64,000 nt of DNA from Octopus bimaculoides (taxonomy: Eukaryota), in NCBI RefSeq assembly GCF_001194135.2, contig NC_068997.1, positions 1,652,663 to 1,716,662 of the forward strand. The letters are read 5' to 3'. Within the stretch, counting starts at the first letter, position 1, and the number at the start of each line of letters is the position of its first letter. A program made the translations under genes and the position numbers. Positions 51,371 through 64,000 of this stretch are shown in pieces. The notes under the pieces are model-generated. The model was not told where the DNA came from. It did no database searches and worked only from the letters and a program-made list of their open reading frames with translations.

Positions 51371-53121
51371 AGGTAGTAATGCCCCGATGTCCATAATCAT
51401 GAAAGATTCACAAATGCAAAAGAATTTTACTTTTGAAATATTAGATATATTTTAAAGCGCTTTTTAACATGTTATAGAATACATCCCACACGTAGAAGCT
51501 ACAATATATCATTAACAAAAATTTGAATGAACATTGAATCAAAAGTTGATCACAATATCGATTTGTTAAAGAATTGAACATGTTTCTAGGGTGATGATTT
51601 CTTTGGCGCATCAGAGTGAGAAATAACAAAACTCTAAGGAATTCCTATTTTATTACAAGGTAATTTCATTAAAGTGTTAACACATTTTGAATGTCATATG
51701 GTTGTTGCCTTAATACTGAATAGCAGTGAAGAAACGTAAATTAAGCGAAATATTAATAATGAAATATAGAAGCTACTGTACTTCATGTTTCTATGGTTTA
51801 AATGGCCATGAAATAATATCCCAAGGAACATCGTCTTATCAATTAATAAGAGTTCAAATTAATAATCTTAACAAGTATTTCCAGATAAGCTGTTATAACA
51901 GGAAAGTTTAACCTGCAATTAACATTCCCCTAAAATTGATCTGGAAGGATATTAGATTTTCTAATGTTGTTCATTGCACGAAGCTTTGTTAATTTGATAT
52001 CTTTGCAAACGTTTAAATATTTGTAGCATAGCGAAAACGAGTGAAATAGCTAGAATTAGATACTGCTAACTTACTGACTATTGAGTTTAATGGATAGCTG
52101 GGACTGTTCTTCCTTGAGTACATTCGAACTCCAGGACATAGAATTTGAATTCGATTTCTAAGAGAATCTTTTGAGATAACCAGAAGTCAACGTTGGATGA
52201 CAACGAAAACTTAATTTCTTTGAATTCAATCTTAACAATATCATTGTTAAGAACGACCAAGAACCACAGAATATAATTTCATTAACACTATTTATCAAAA
52301 CATTGCTTAACTTCTGTCTTGAGATTGTTTCCTTTTAAACAGAACCAAGCCAAACTAATAAAGGATATACTACGCAACATTATTACCCATAGGCCATCGC
52401 TGGTCATGAAGAACAACGTTGCTCTAGCCAAGCCATGATAATTCCAGGATTTTCTTTCGAGACAAATTGTATCCAAGACTCTGATATGTATAATACACTT
52501 TTCTGGTAAACTGGGAGGTTTTGATTTGTGAGAGATGTAGCTGTTGTTTCTTTTGCAATTATGTGTGTCACGGTTCAATCCCAGTTCGCCTTGAATCAAT
52601 GTAAAAATGGATCTACGGAACAAGGCCTAGCAAAGACTCCCGCTAGCTTATCACCATCAGCTAACTCTTACACTCTGTTGTAACTATTCGTGTCGGAGGT
52701 GGGGGAATACAACATCAACAAGAAAATAGTATTTATTTATTTCATTTCTGCTATTAGCACTGAAGACCGTGCAATAGAATCTTCAAGAAAGTTAGGCACA
52801 CCACACCACTATTGGAAGATCTACAAATGCCATGTAATAAATTCAGGAAGCGTTCATTGCTCGTACGAAAAGACACTGCACATAGGTAATAATAAACGAT
52901 TCGAAGTGATGACCGTATTTCTACTTCATCAAGAGAGCAACTTAGGGACTTCCTGCAGCCGCCAAAAACAGTTTTATACTATAAATTTAATATTATAGCT
53001 TTTCTACGAGAGCGCTAGTAGTATAAGAATATACATGGATATACATGCATACATTCCTGTGTTTGTGTGTGTGTAAACGTGTGTGTGAGCATATTTAAAT
53101 GTTTAAATGTATATACAAGTA

Positions 53122-53985
53122 CAGGGTGTAGTGAGTAAACTGTCGTCTAAATTACGCAAACATGAAAATAACACTGACATCTCATTTTAACATATCTATT
53201 TACCAAAATTATATAAAAATATCTTGATACACTAAAGAGTGAATTTATTCAATAAGATCACCATTGGCTTCAGCCACGGCCTCCAGACGACTTCGGAATC
53301 TCAGGAAACTCTTCTGAATGGTCTCTTTGTTTAAGTTGGTGAATGCTGCCATAATCCTTGCCTTCAGTTCATCTTTGATGTTACAAGGAGTTTTGTTGGT
53401 CTCCCGCTCAACTGTGTCCCACACATAATAATGAAGGGATTGCAGTCTGTAGAGTTAGGTGGGCAGATGTTAGGGGTGGTGTGGTCGCAGAAATTGTCTG
53501 ACAACTATGATTGGGTTCTCCTGCTTGTGTGGCAAGGTGCAAAGTCCTGTGGCGAGACATAGGGTCTTCCAGCAGCTTGACCCAGGCAACACTACCTCCT
53601 CCAGGCACGTAATGTAGGCCTCTGTGTTGAGTCTGAAGCCATATGGGAAGATGAATAGAGGCATAACGTCGCCATCATTAGTGATCACTTCAAACACCAT
53701 GATGTTGACTGGATGTTTGATTTTTATCACTCTCAGTACATGTCCTCAAACTCACACCCAAACACTCTGAAACGTTCGTATCGGAGCTTCCGGCGCGAAT
53801 GCTAAGCAGCACAGCATGGCGTTTCCAAATTACTGGCAGAGTGAATAACGTCTTGGTGCTGTTTTCCTCACAGACGGTGCACAGCCGACACTACTATACT
53901 GTGTAGTCGACAAAATCAAAAACACACAATGCGCATTTGTGAAATAAAAAATATAAAATGGCAACAATTTACCCATCGCACCCTG
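53122..53985 (-). mobile_element. Internally deleted DD37D (maT) transposon, 864 bp
   Basis: TA|CAGGGTG...CACCCTG|TA TIRs. The minus strand reads HAVLSIRAGSSDTNVSECLGVSLRT, jumps to IKIKHPVNIMVFEVITNDGDVMP, then QDFAPCHTSRRTQS*LSDNFCDHTTPNICPPNSTDCNP. The D-to-(D) spacing is 37, with the third Asp mutated. Confidence 0.88.
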
Positions 53986-54189
53986 TAAATAAAAGCACAT
54001 TCATATGAATTCACACACATAAACATACGCACGCATATACGTTCAAGCACAGATTTGGCTGCGTTGGTAAGAAGCTTGCTTTGCAATTATGCAGTCTTAG
54101 GTTCAGCCATACCGTGCGACATCTTCTACGATTGTCATTTATTGAGATTTTAGACGAACGAATCGGCCCTACTAGTTATTTTTTTGAAG

Positions 54190-54334
54190 CCTGTTTCTTA
54201 TTCTATCGGTTCTTTCTGCCGAACCAGAAATTTACGAGGAGGTAAAGACACCAACACCGTTGGTGAGGAGCAGACACCCACATACACACACACACACACA
54301 AAGACACACACATACAAATACACACACACACAAA

Positions 54335-54406
<72 letters not shown>

Positions 54407-54623
54407 TATATATACACACACACACACGCACACACATATATATGTATATACACATACAAACACGACGGTCTTTTTCAGTTTCTGTCTACCGAAACCAGTC
54501 ATAAGTCATTGTTGACTGAGGCTATAGTAGAAAACAGTCACTAAGGTAACACGCAGTGGGACTGAACCCGGGACCATGAGGTTTGTAAGCAAGCTTCTTA
54601 CCAAACATTGACGTCTGCGCCTG
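54190..54623 (-). mobile_element. SINE family B copy with internal (CA)n
   Basis: cttattctatcggttctttctgccgaacc...(CA)n...tttcagtttctgtctacc...gcagtgggactgaacccgggaccatg...gcaagcttcttacc. Confidence 0.82.
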
Positions 54624-55925
54624 CAAACTATTACCATCCCGAAATATAAGAACACACACGCACACACTATTTTACAATTCAATAATAACGTTGTAATCGA
54701 TAAGCTGAACGCAGTTTGTTTGAGAAACTGAAATGTAATCAGAAACAGAGAATCTATAATTCGAAAAGGAATGCAGTTAGAGAGTCGATGAGTTGGTGCG
54801 TTAATCCGATTGGATTGATACGTTAATGAAGACGCTTCCCACATTTCTTCTGGAATTATCGAGTTACAGACATTAATGATTATTCCTATAGGTTAGCTGA
54901 TCCAGTTTACACTGTGCTTCACCGTATATTTTTCGCTCTACCTTGCATTCAATTATACACGAATTAATTATAAGCGAGCGGTCAGGTAGGCCAGCAGCTA
55001 CATTGCATTCTTCAGCTGTCAGCGAATGTTCTTTCTTTGAGAATCTCTGAAGAATTGCTTGTTGAACAAACGAATTTGGTAAGATCTCATATATCACTCG
55101 ATAGAATTACGTGAAATGTGTAGTTCTTCAATATAAGTCATTTGTGAAGTTATTCGAGTGAAATGAAGCTTAAAGTTAAATATTATTTCTTTGTTTCGCG
55201 TATTATTGTGTCTGTCTTACTAATCAGATCTATTGTGATTTACTGTATGAATGAGGGGCAGCTATATTCTTGTTGGTGTTGCTGTTGTTTAGTTCCAGTT
55301 CAGAACTGATAGGACAGATGTATGGTAAAAAAGCACTCCCATGTTTTAAATATTTACGACAACATTCCCCAATGCCTTTCCTTTGTAAGACGAGGGCGTT
55401 GCATTTACAAAATCGGCTGCTAGTTATAGCGAATTCAGTAACTGCATAAAGATGCGTCCATCGTTGTTGTCAGCTTTGATCGACAAGCCAATGATTTGCG
55501 TTATTCTATCTGCAAGAAATCCAGATGTGCGATATACAATATGTTCATTTCTAACGCAGCATTAAGGATTTGAGGAGATTTGGCTGTTATTACTAGTATG
55601 CCGAATGATCAGCCTTGGGCAAGTAAATGGAAGATACGGCAGGCTGCCGAATCATGTTCCTTTCAATTTTTTGTTACCTTCCTTTGCAATGTAATTTCAA
55701 ATCTTGCCATAATCTACATTTCTGCTATGGTATCCTAATTTATAAAGTACCAGTAATACATTGGTAATTAATTAATTCCTTCGAAAACTTGGAATATGTG
55801 GTATTGAGTCAATGACTAGTAACAGTAATGCCGAGGTGTCAGAGGAAATACAAACAGATCGATTGATTAGAAGCTTCCCATTATTGATTATTCTTATGAT
55901 ACAGTTCTCTTCTCAAACGTTCACA

Positions 55926-56130
55926 TTTTTACTATAGACACAAGGTCTGAAATTCTTGGGGAGGGGACTAGTCGATTACACCGACCCCAGTACATAACTG
56001 GTACTTAATTTATTGACCCCGAAAGAAGGAAAGGCAAAGTCAACTTCGGCGAAATTTGAACTCAGAACGTAGCGACGGGCAAAATACCGCTAAGCATTTC
56101 GTCTAGCGCGCTAACAATTCTGCCAGCTTA
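55926..56130 (-). mobile_element. SINE family A copy
   Basis: acaaggtctgaaattcttggggaggggactagtcgattac...ctggtacttaatttattgaccccgaaag...gaactcagaacg...ctaagcatttcg...attctgccagct. Confidence 0.9.
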
Positions 56131-56594
56131 ATAATGATAATAATAATGATAATAATAATGATAATAATAAGGATAACAGAACGCTCGCTTTCTGAATGAA
56201 CATTTCCACAAAACTAAAGACATATGTGAGAAATTATATGTTGTAACATGGTATCGTTGTTACTATTGTTGTTGCTGTGATTGTGACGTCACCGTTAATA
56301 TCAGCGAGATAATTAGTTAGTGACAATTGTACGCGTTCGTTAGTGTTGGTTAGGCAATCAAACCGAACAAGATCCGATAATGATTACAGAAAAAAAAAAT
56401 GGAATGTTTTAAAATGGTCTCCAAGTAAAATCTGGATAAATTCTACAAGAGAACAGCAAAAACAGAGAAAGTATTGTTGGTGTATAGAAGTAATTTCTGA
56501 AGATGGCAGTTGTGTAAATTGAACGTATTTAAAAATATGGTTTTGGTTGTTAGATTCCATATCTTTTTCGAATAAACGATCTTGGAGAAAGATG

Positions 56595-56765
56595 GCGAGA
56601 GGGAGTGAGAGAGAGGGAGTGAGAGAGAGAGAGTGAGAGAGAGGGAGTGAGAGAGACGGAGTGAGAGAGAGAGAGTGAGTGAGAGGGAGTGAGAGAGAGG
56701 GAGTGAGAGAGAGGGAGAGAGAAGTAGCAAGAGAGAAGCAAAGACAAAGAGAGAGAGAGACAGAC

Positions 56766-56806
<41 letters not shown>

Positions 56807-56870
56807 AAGAAAGAGGGAAGAAGTTGATAGAACGGTAGAGAAGGGAAGTTGAGAGTAGGTNNNNNNNNNN

Positions 56871-56903
<33 letters not shown>

Positions 56904-56960
56904 GATGGAATATAGGGAGAGAGAGGGGAACGGGGAGGGTAGAGATAGAGAGAGAGATAG
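56595..56960. repeat. GA-rich low-complexity tract with a gagagggagt-like 10-mer
   Basis: Read directly from the sequence; spans a 10-N gap. Confidence 0.9.
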
Positions 56961-57023
56961 GACTGCAAGTGATAGGGAGGCGAAAGATAGAGTTAAGTAT
57001 TCTGGTATAAAATAGATGCAATA

Positions 57024-57162
57024 TCCTTTTCTATTCTAGGGACAAGGCCCGAAATTTTGGGAGAGGGTTCAGTCGATTAGATCGACCCCAGTACGCAACT
57101 GGTACTTAATTTATCGACCCCGAAATGATGAAAGGGAAAGTCGACCTCGGCAGAATTTGAAA
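57024..57162 (-). mobile_element. SINE family A, head-truncated
   Basis: acaaggcccgaaattttgggag...ctggtacttaatttatcgaccccgaaatgatgaaagggaaagtcgacctcggcagaatttga. Confidence 0.88.
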
Positions 57163-57249
57163 ATACATGCAATATCATTAATTGTTGATTAATGTTGAAG
57201 TCTGGTAGAAGTATTATAGAGTTGAATGTAATTAAGTTCTTAGTTCGAA

Positions 57250-57370
57250 TATAGTCGACATTACCTTTGCCGTTCATATTTTTGGGGTCAATAAAATAAA
57301 GTACCAGTAGAATACTGAGGATCTACATAATCAGCTAAACCTTCCTCAACATCTTTGTGGTCTTGTAGAG
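57250..57370 (+). mobile_element. SINE family A fragment (diverged)
   Basis: gtcgacattacctttg...ttggggtcaataaaataaagtaccagtagaatactgagg. Confidence 0.65.
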
Positions 57371-57574
57371 TAGTAATAATATTAATATAGTTGCAATACC
57401 GTTAATATGACGGTAGTCGTATTAATATAGTAGACATCATATTATCAATAACAACTCGATAATTTGAAAGAATTAGTAGAGAATCAGAACTCTTGATAGT
57501 ATTTTTCTTTGTCATCGAATCCTCGCAGCATTCGTTTGAAGTCCAAGGCGATGGAGTGACTGAGAAAATATATT

Positions 57575-57784
57575 GGTTTCAAATGTTGGCAGAAGGACAG
57601 GTGTTTCGGGGAAAAGGGTAAGTCGATTACATCGACTCCAGTGACCAACTGGTACTTGTTTTATCGAGTCCGAAAGGATGAAAAGTAAAGTCGACCTCAG
57701 TGGGATTTGAAACTAGAACTTAAGGACGGGCGGACGGACAAACGAAATGCTACCACGCGTGCTAATGATTCTGCCAACTCGCTG
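57575..57784 (-). mobile_element. SINE family A copy
   Basis: gtcgattacatcgactccagtg..ctggtacttgttttatcgagtccgaaaggatgaaa...gctaatgattctgccaactcgc. Confidence 0.85.
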
Positions 57785-57819
57785 AAACAATATATTGTAA
57801 TACTTAGTAATGCTTAAAT

Positions 57820-58042
57820 GTAGTGAGCTGGAAAAATTGTTACCGCGCCAAGCAAAATGCTTAGCGGTATTTAGCCCATCTTTACGTGCTGAGTTCAAAT
57901 TACGCCAAGGTTGACTTTGGCTTTCATCCTTTCGCGGTCAATGAATTAAGTACCAGTCAATACTGGAGTCGATGTAGTCGATTGTACCCCCTCTTCCAAA
58001 GTTTTCAGGCCATGTGCCTATAGTAGAATGGATTATTATTAT
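57820..58042 (+). mobile_element. SINE family A copy
   Basis: gtagtgagctggaaaaattgtta...aaaatgcttagcggtattt...gagttcaaatt...ctttcatcctttcgcggtcaatgaattaagtaccagt...gtgcctatagtagaatggattattatt. Confidence 0.9.
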
Positions 58043-58399
58043 CTACACAACAGCGATGCCTTAAATAGTGAAAACGACAAATAGCGTGTGGTATTTAGTT
58101 ATATCTTTTTGCATTCTGAGTTCACGTTCAGCCAAACTCAGCTTTGTTTTCCACTAAATTCTAGAGCATTAAAGCAAAGACTAATCGGGTAGTGGTGGGG
58201 AGGTCACCTACTCCCTTGTCATGTTCTCTATGTTACGATGTGGCAAATAAAAATTCTTTAAAGTCGTTAGAAACGTACTGTAGTATGAGTCTCTACAGCA
58301 AGCTTAGCCAACATTCTTAATAGAAGCGGGTGGCATCAGGCGGGCTGTGCTGTTCAAAGTACAAACGGTAATTTTTCTTCGGAAAAGACGCAGGTTGCG

Positions 58400-58620
58400 C
58401 AAGACTGCTCTATATGTTCCGTCCACCGGCTAGAAATGGTTAGAAATAGCAGCCAGCTCTTCAAGTCATACTCTAAACAATGTCTTAAATAACGCAAGGC
58501 TTCTTCAGATGATGTAGTATTATGTACATATACCCTTCTTAGGACGGAATGGTCATAGCTGGAACGCATTTGATTCGATGTAATCGTTCTGAACTAATGT
58601 GGGGTTTATTCAAAGCAACC
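58400..58620 (+). mobile_element. Unclassified interspersed repeat (family D), 3' part
   Basis: ttagaaatagcagcc is shared with 48758 and with the reverse complement of 55565-55595. ggtcatagctggaacgcatttgat is similar to the reverse complement of 10485-10560. Confidence 0.5.
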
Positions 58621-59341
58621 TATTAAGAGATTCTGCGCCAGAAAATATATTTAGTGAAAAGAACTTTGGTAATATATGCTGACATTTGGAACTAAATTGT
58701 CTCGTAGACATGTCAACAGAGTTATAAGGAAGCATCTAATATTGGTGACGGCACTAAATATCCATTGCAACGGAAGCCAGTAGCTGTAACAATGCATAAA
58801 TTGCATTCTGTTTAATAGGTTCACATTTTTTAAATCTCTGCTCTTCCATCTTTCGTTTCTTCAAGTTTGGCTAGCAACGACGGGGAATTTTCAGTATATG
58901 CTACACCAACATAAGCTATAGTAGAATGGCGATAGTAAACAAAAGATTTAGAAGGTGAACGGATAAAAACATGATGCAAAGAGACAGAATAGGTGGAAAT
59001 CAATGAAAATATGAAAAAATAAATAAAGATTAGGAGAGAAAGCAACCACACGGAAGGCTTCCGTTGTATAACATTTTACTTTTTATTGCTCCCAGTTTCT
59101 TTTGATTCTGTCAGTCAAGAGAATGGAGAGAAAAAGGAGGAGTTATTTACGAGATGCAACCATTCTTATGACTTTGACCGAAATATTGATAGCAGTTCCT
59201 ATTAATATCAACATAAAAAACACGTTATTCATATTACACAGAGATTTCGGGGAAAACTCCTATTATCAAATGAGGTTTTAGTGTATGTGTGTCTGAAGGC
59301 ACCAAAACACACGCACACGCGCACGCAAATGCACACACACA

Positions 59342-59422
<81 letters not shown>

Positions 59423-59454
59423 ACACGCACGCACACAAACAGACGCACAGATAT

Positions 59455-59835
59455 ATTTTTACGTGCTTCAATCGCTGGACTGCGATCAGGTGGGGGCACC
59501 GTCATTGAATGTCGAACAAAACAAAGCGCCTCCTGAATCGTCCGATAGAATAAGACTGGTACTTATTCTATCGGATATTGTGCTGAACCGGTAGGTTGCG
59601 GGACGTAAACAATCTAACACCCAACATCGGTTGTCAAGTAGTGAAAGGAAAGGCACACACAAAGACATATATGTACGACAGAGTTCTACACAGTTTCCGT
59701 CTACCGAATTCAATTAGAAAGCATTGGTCGGCTCGGGACTATATTGGAATACGCCAGTCGAAGGTGCAGTAGCAATGAACTCAAAACCTTGCGTTCATAA
59801 AACTAGATTCTTCACGGTATCGGCTGGCCTGCTCT
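59455..59835 (-). mobile_element. SINE family B copy (diverged, with a foldback-modified segment)
   Basis: ggactgcgatcaggtgggggcacc...cttattctatcgg...cgggacgtaaac...catcggttgtcaag...cagtttccgtctaccg. Confidence 0.75.
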
Positions 59836-60679
59836 NNNNNNNNNNTATATATATAAACATATATAAATTTATATAAATAAGGATGAGATCATTATTTACA
59901 ATATCGATCTTATCAGGTGGCCAGCATGGGAATAAAAGCCTCAAAGGTAATAATTATTATTAAAATTAAAATTAAGGGTATATACGAGATTAAATTATCC
60001 AGTGATTTTTTGCTAGTTTATTTTGTCTCTTTGTCTCCTCTCCTGGTGCTGTATGAACATTTAATGTAGTCTTAGTGTCAAGTTTTGGCTACTATATCTA
60101 GCGTGGTGGTATCTCTTAGATACTCTTAATTATAATTTTATATATAAATATATATATACGTATATACAAACAAACTCACACACACACACACACACACACG
60201 CACACATTTAGATGATATAATACATACATGCACACACACGCATACACACATGCGACCGCGTATGCATAACTGCGCAGTTTGCAGGTTTATTTATGACCAT
60301 TCCTTCACAGGAAAGTGAATATTTTTCGCTTAAATTCATAAATTTATCCTGATAATAAACAAATGCCATGAATATAAACTCTATTCTACAGAACGGCTTA
60401 ACCAAGCTGCAGTCTAATTTGATTTACAAACACCTCATGAAACGCTGCTACCATATATATATACTGATAATATACGAAATATAGGGTTAGTTAAGAGTTA
60501 ATAGACTTCGACGGAGACTTTGTAAGATGGCTGTGTAATTTAGTTGTTGTATTGTTATGAAACGTGAAGGTGAAGATATCAGTTCTAAAGTGAAAAATTG
60601 ATCAATGACCGTGCATTAACAAATGTTTATTGGCGGAGGTCACTCATATTTAATTAATATGATTTTGTAGGATATATTT

Positions 60680-61235
60680 TATATTTTACTTGGTCCGATT
60701 ATTAGCCTGCGACCATTCTGGGGCAATGTATTGAAGGATGCAGCCGAACAAATCGACCTAGCACTTATCTGTAACGTCTGTTACTTATACTATCGTTTCT
60801 TTTTGTCGAAGCGCTAGGTCACGAGCCTGTAAGCAATCCAACAATCCGGTTGTCAAGCAGCAGTGTGGGAAATATGTACGTGTGTGTGTGTGTGTGTGTG
60901 TGTGTGNNNNNNNNNNNNNNNNNNNNNNNNNNNNNNNNNNNNNNNNNNNNNNNNNNNNNNNNNNNNNNNNNNNNNNNNNNNNNNNNNNNNNNNNNNNNNN
61001 NNNNNNNNNNNNNNNNNNNNNNNNNNNNNNNNNNNNNNNNNNNNNNNNNNNNNNNNNNNNNNNNNNNNNNNNNNNNNNNNNNNNNNNNNNNNNNNNNNNN
61101 NNNNNNNNNNNNNNNNNNNNNNNNNNNNNNNNNNNNNNNTATTCCCAAGGTTCAGCTTGGCCCGGAGCTCTAGTAGAAGACGCTTGTCCAAGATGCCACG
61201 CATTGGAACTCAACCGCAAACCGTGAGGCTGTGAG
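60680..61235 (-). mobile_element. SINE family B copy spanning an N gap
   Basis: The 3' half (gcgaccattctggggc...ccggttgtcaagc) lies before the gap and the head half (ctagtagaagacgcttgtccaagatgccacgcattggaactcaacc) after it. Confidence 0.65.
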
Positions 61236-61334
61236 TGTGTATGAATGTATTCGTATATTCTTATATATGTGCGTATATGTGCGCGCGTGTGTGTATAAAT
61301 ATGTATATTTGTGTATATATGTGTATATATATAT

Positions 61335-61378
<44 letters not shown>

Positions 61379-61892
61379 ATACACACACACACAAACACAC
61401 ACACATATATATATATTGCCGCAGAATCCTTTGTAGTTTTGTTGTTATTATTTTTTTCTTTTGGATTTACAATTTATATATATATATATATATAAACTAT
61501 TTGTGTATAGATGTATACGTATAAACTTCTTACCACTCAACCATATTCCCTAAACACAAGCCTACTCCATAAATTAGAACATAGAAATGCGCAAGATTGG
61601 TGCGGTTCAAAGATGATTGAAGCTTTTTAATCCCTGTTATTGGTGGAAGGAAGCATATTTTGGGGGCGGAGAGAGATTACTAGTGTGTGTTGATTCGTGT
61701 ACTTTAGTTACGGAGGTCCAAAGGATGATAAGATTGTCCTCAGTGTAAGTGGAAATCACCAGGGTGTTAAGGTGCGTGAATGTGATGGGCTTCAAATGAA
61801 CACTCCAGAAATATTCAGGTTAAATTCATTTTGAATGTCTAATGGCTTGGATATCGTTCGTTACTTATATTTTTTGTGCTTGTTCCTATGCA

Positions 61893-61941
<49 letters not shown>

Positions 61942-62239
61942 GTCTGTCTGTCTGTCTGTCTGTCTGTCAAGGTTCTGGTAAAAGACTTGTAGTCTGCTAT
62001 GCAAAGCTCGTCCGCGGTGTTGGCCTATCTGATGTCATTAACAGTGGAAACGCTTTTGCTACTGAATATACATCAGGAATACCATTAGTATGCGTAGAAT
62101 TTAGATTCCTATTTATATTTTCTATCATTTATCTATCTATCATATACATATGTATATTATCATACACACACATACACACACACACACAGACACACACATA
62201 CATGGTTATGTGGATATGTACAAATATACATACATACAT

Positions 62240-62289
<50 letters not shown>

Positions 62290-62867
62290 GTATATGCGCA
62301 CGTTTTACATGCAAGCACACATGAAAATATATTTGGAATATACTNNNNNNNNNNNNNNNNNNNNNNNNNNNNNNNNNNNNNNNNNNNNNNNNNNNNNNNN
62401 NNNNNNNNNNNNNNNNNNNNNNNNNNNNNNNNNNNNNNNNNNNNNNNNNNNNNNNNNNNNNNNNNNNNNNNNNNNNNNNNNNNNNNNNNNNNNNNNNNNN
62501 NNNNNNNNNNNNNNNNNNNNNNNNNNNNNNNNNNNNNNNNNNNNNNNNNNNNNNNNNNNNNNNNNNNNNNNNNNNNNNNNNNNNNNNNNNNNNNNNNNNN
62601 NNNNNNNNNNNNNNNNNNNNNNNNNNNNNNNNNNNNNNNNNNNNNNNNNNNNNNNNNNNNNNNNNNNNNNNNNNNNNNNNNNNNNNNNNNNNNNNNNNNN
62701 NNNNNNNNNNNNNNNNNNNNNNNNNNNNNNNNNNNNNNNNNNNNNNNNNNNNNNNNNNNNNNNNNNNNNNNNNNNNNNNNNNNNNNNNNNNNNNNNNNNN
62801 NNNNNNNNNNNNNNNNNNNNNNNNNNNNNNNNNNNNNNNNNNNNNNNNNNNNNNNNNNNNNNNNNNN

Positions 62868-63119
62868 CGGAAACTGAAAGAAGCCCGTCGTATATATGTA
62901 TATATATATATATGTGTGTGTGTATGTTTGTGTGTCTGTGTTTGTCCCCCTAGCATTGCTTGACATCCGATGCTGGTGTGTTTATGTCCCCGTCAATTAG
63001 CGGTTCGGCAAAAGAGACCAATAGAATAAGTACTAGGCTTCCAAAGAATAATTCCTGGGGTCTATTTGCTCGACTAAAGGCGGTGCTCCAGCATGGCCGC
63101 AGTCAAATGACAGAAACAA

Positions 63120-63130
<11 letters not shown>
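62868..63130 (+). mobile_element. SINE family B copy (head lost in gap), well conserved
   Basis: cggaaactgaaagaagcccgtcgtata...gcggttcggcaaaagagaccaatagaataagtactaggc...ggcggtgctccagcatggccgcagtcaaatg. Confidence 0.9.
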
Positions 63131-63159
<29 letters not shown>

Positions 63160-63239
63160 AAGCATACGTTTGCACACGCACATCGAGACAAAAGTATGCA
63201 CGTCTATTCACACGCTCCCTCCTTCCCTTTATCTCTTTC

Positions 63240-63315
63240 CCCGAAAGGATGAAAGGCAAAGTCTACATCGGTGGAAATTGAACTCAGAACGTAACGACAG
63301 ACGAAATACCGGTAT
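63240..63315 (-). mobile_element. SINE family A fragment
   Basis: ccgaaaggatgaaaggcaaagtctacatcggtggaaattgaactcagaacgtaacgacagacgaaatacc. Confidence 0.8.
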
Positions 63316-63868
63316 TTGTTTGGCCACTGAATAGAAATATATTTCGTATTTTCAGAAATCTGTCGCTCCATGTGTAGGTTAAACCTGTAGTTGGTTAAGC
63401 TTTTCTAGGTTTTCTACGTATTAAATGAAAATATTCGAAATCGCGTGTGGCTGTGGGAAAGAAGCTTCCTTCCAAACCACATAGCCCCAGGTTCAGTCCC
63501 ACAAGGACATACTGACATACACGCACACACACACACACATACATGTACGCGCACACATATATATACAACATACATATACACACACATATGTACACATACA
63601 CGCATATACACAAACACATATTCACACGCACATATATATACAAACACATACACACACACGATTGATTTCTTTCAGGTTCCATCTGCTAGATCCACTTAGC
63701 GTTATATTAGAAGATACATGCTCAATGTGCCACTGAAAGAAATCCACCGTGTATGTGTGTGCGTGTGTGTGTGTGTATTTGTATATATATATATATATAT
63801 ATGTGCGTGTGAACATATGTGTTTGTGTATATGTGTGTGTGGATACATTTATGTGTGTATATGTATGT

Positions 63869-63939
<71 letters not shown>

Positions 63940-64000
63940 ACATGTATATGTGTGTGTGTGCGCGTGTATGTCAGTATGTCCTTGTATTTCTTCCTTGCCA

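Overview
AT-rich, microsatellite-dense eukaryotic genomic DNA with many N gaps. The SINE families resemble those I associate with an octopod cephalopod; this is an inference, not a database result. I found no intact long ORF, rRNA, tRNA or CRISPR array, and most ORF-track entries are microsatellite or N artefacts. Supported content: (1) three Penelope-like element (PLE) relics with GIY-YIG endonuclease sequence (5.8-6.3, 24.3-24.5 and 43.1-44.3 kb). (2) Five minimal type I hammerhead ribozyme motifs linked to those PLEs: three with intact cores, and four sitting in two adjacent long inverted-repeat units at 4.6-7.5 kb. (3) An RTE LINE 3' fragment with a PHD-type finger and a (GAT)n tail. (4) Two R4/Dong-like RLE LINE fragments clustered around (AAT)n tracts. 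(5) Two DD37D (maT) transposons, a composite mariner and a hAT-type MITE. (6) About 30 tRNA-headed SINE copies or fragments, some as close inverted pairs. (7) A tentative minus-strand chain of exons (29.9 to 17.7 kb) reading as degenerate tandem discoidin (F5/8 type C) domains, with an in-frame TAA at a conserved Trp position. The most notable observations are the hammerhead/PLE architecture, a GIY-YIG domain split by a ~125-residue N/S-rich loop, and an intact sense-strand hammerhead inside a putative intron. All translations and alignments were done by eye; repeat boundaries are approximate (about 10-20 bp).
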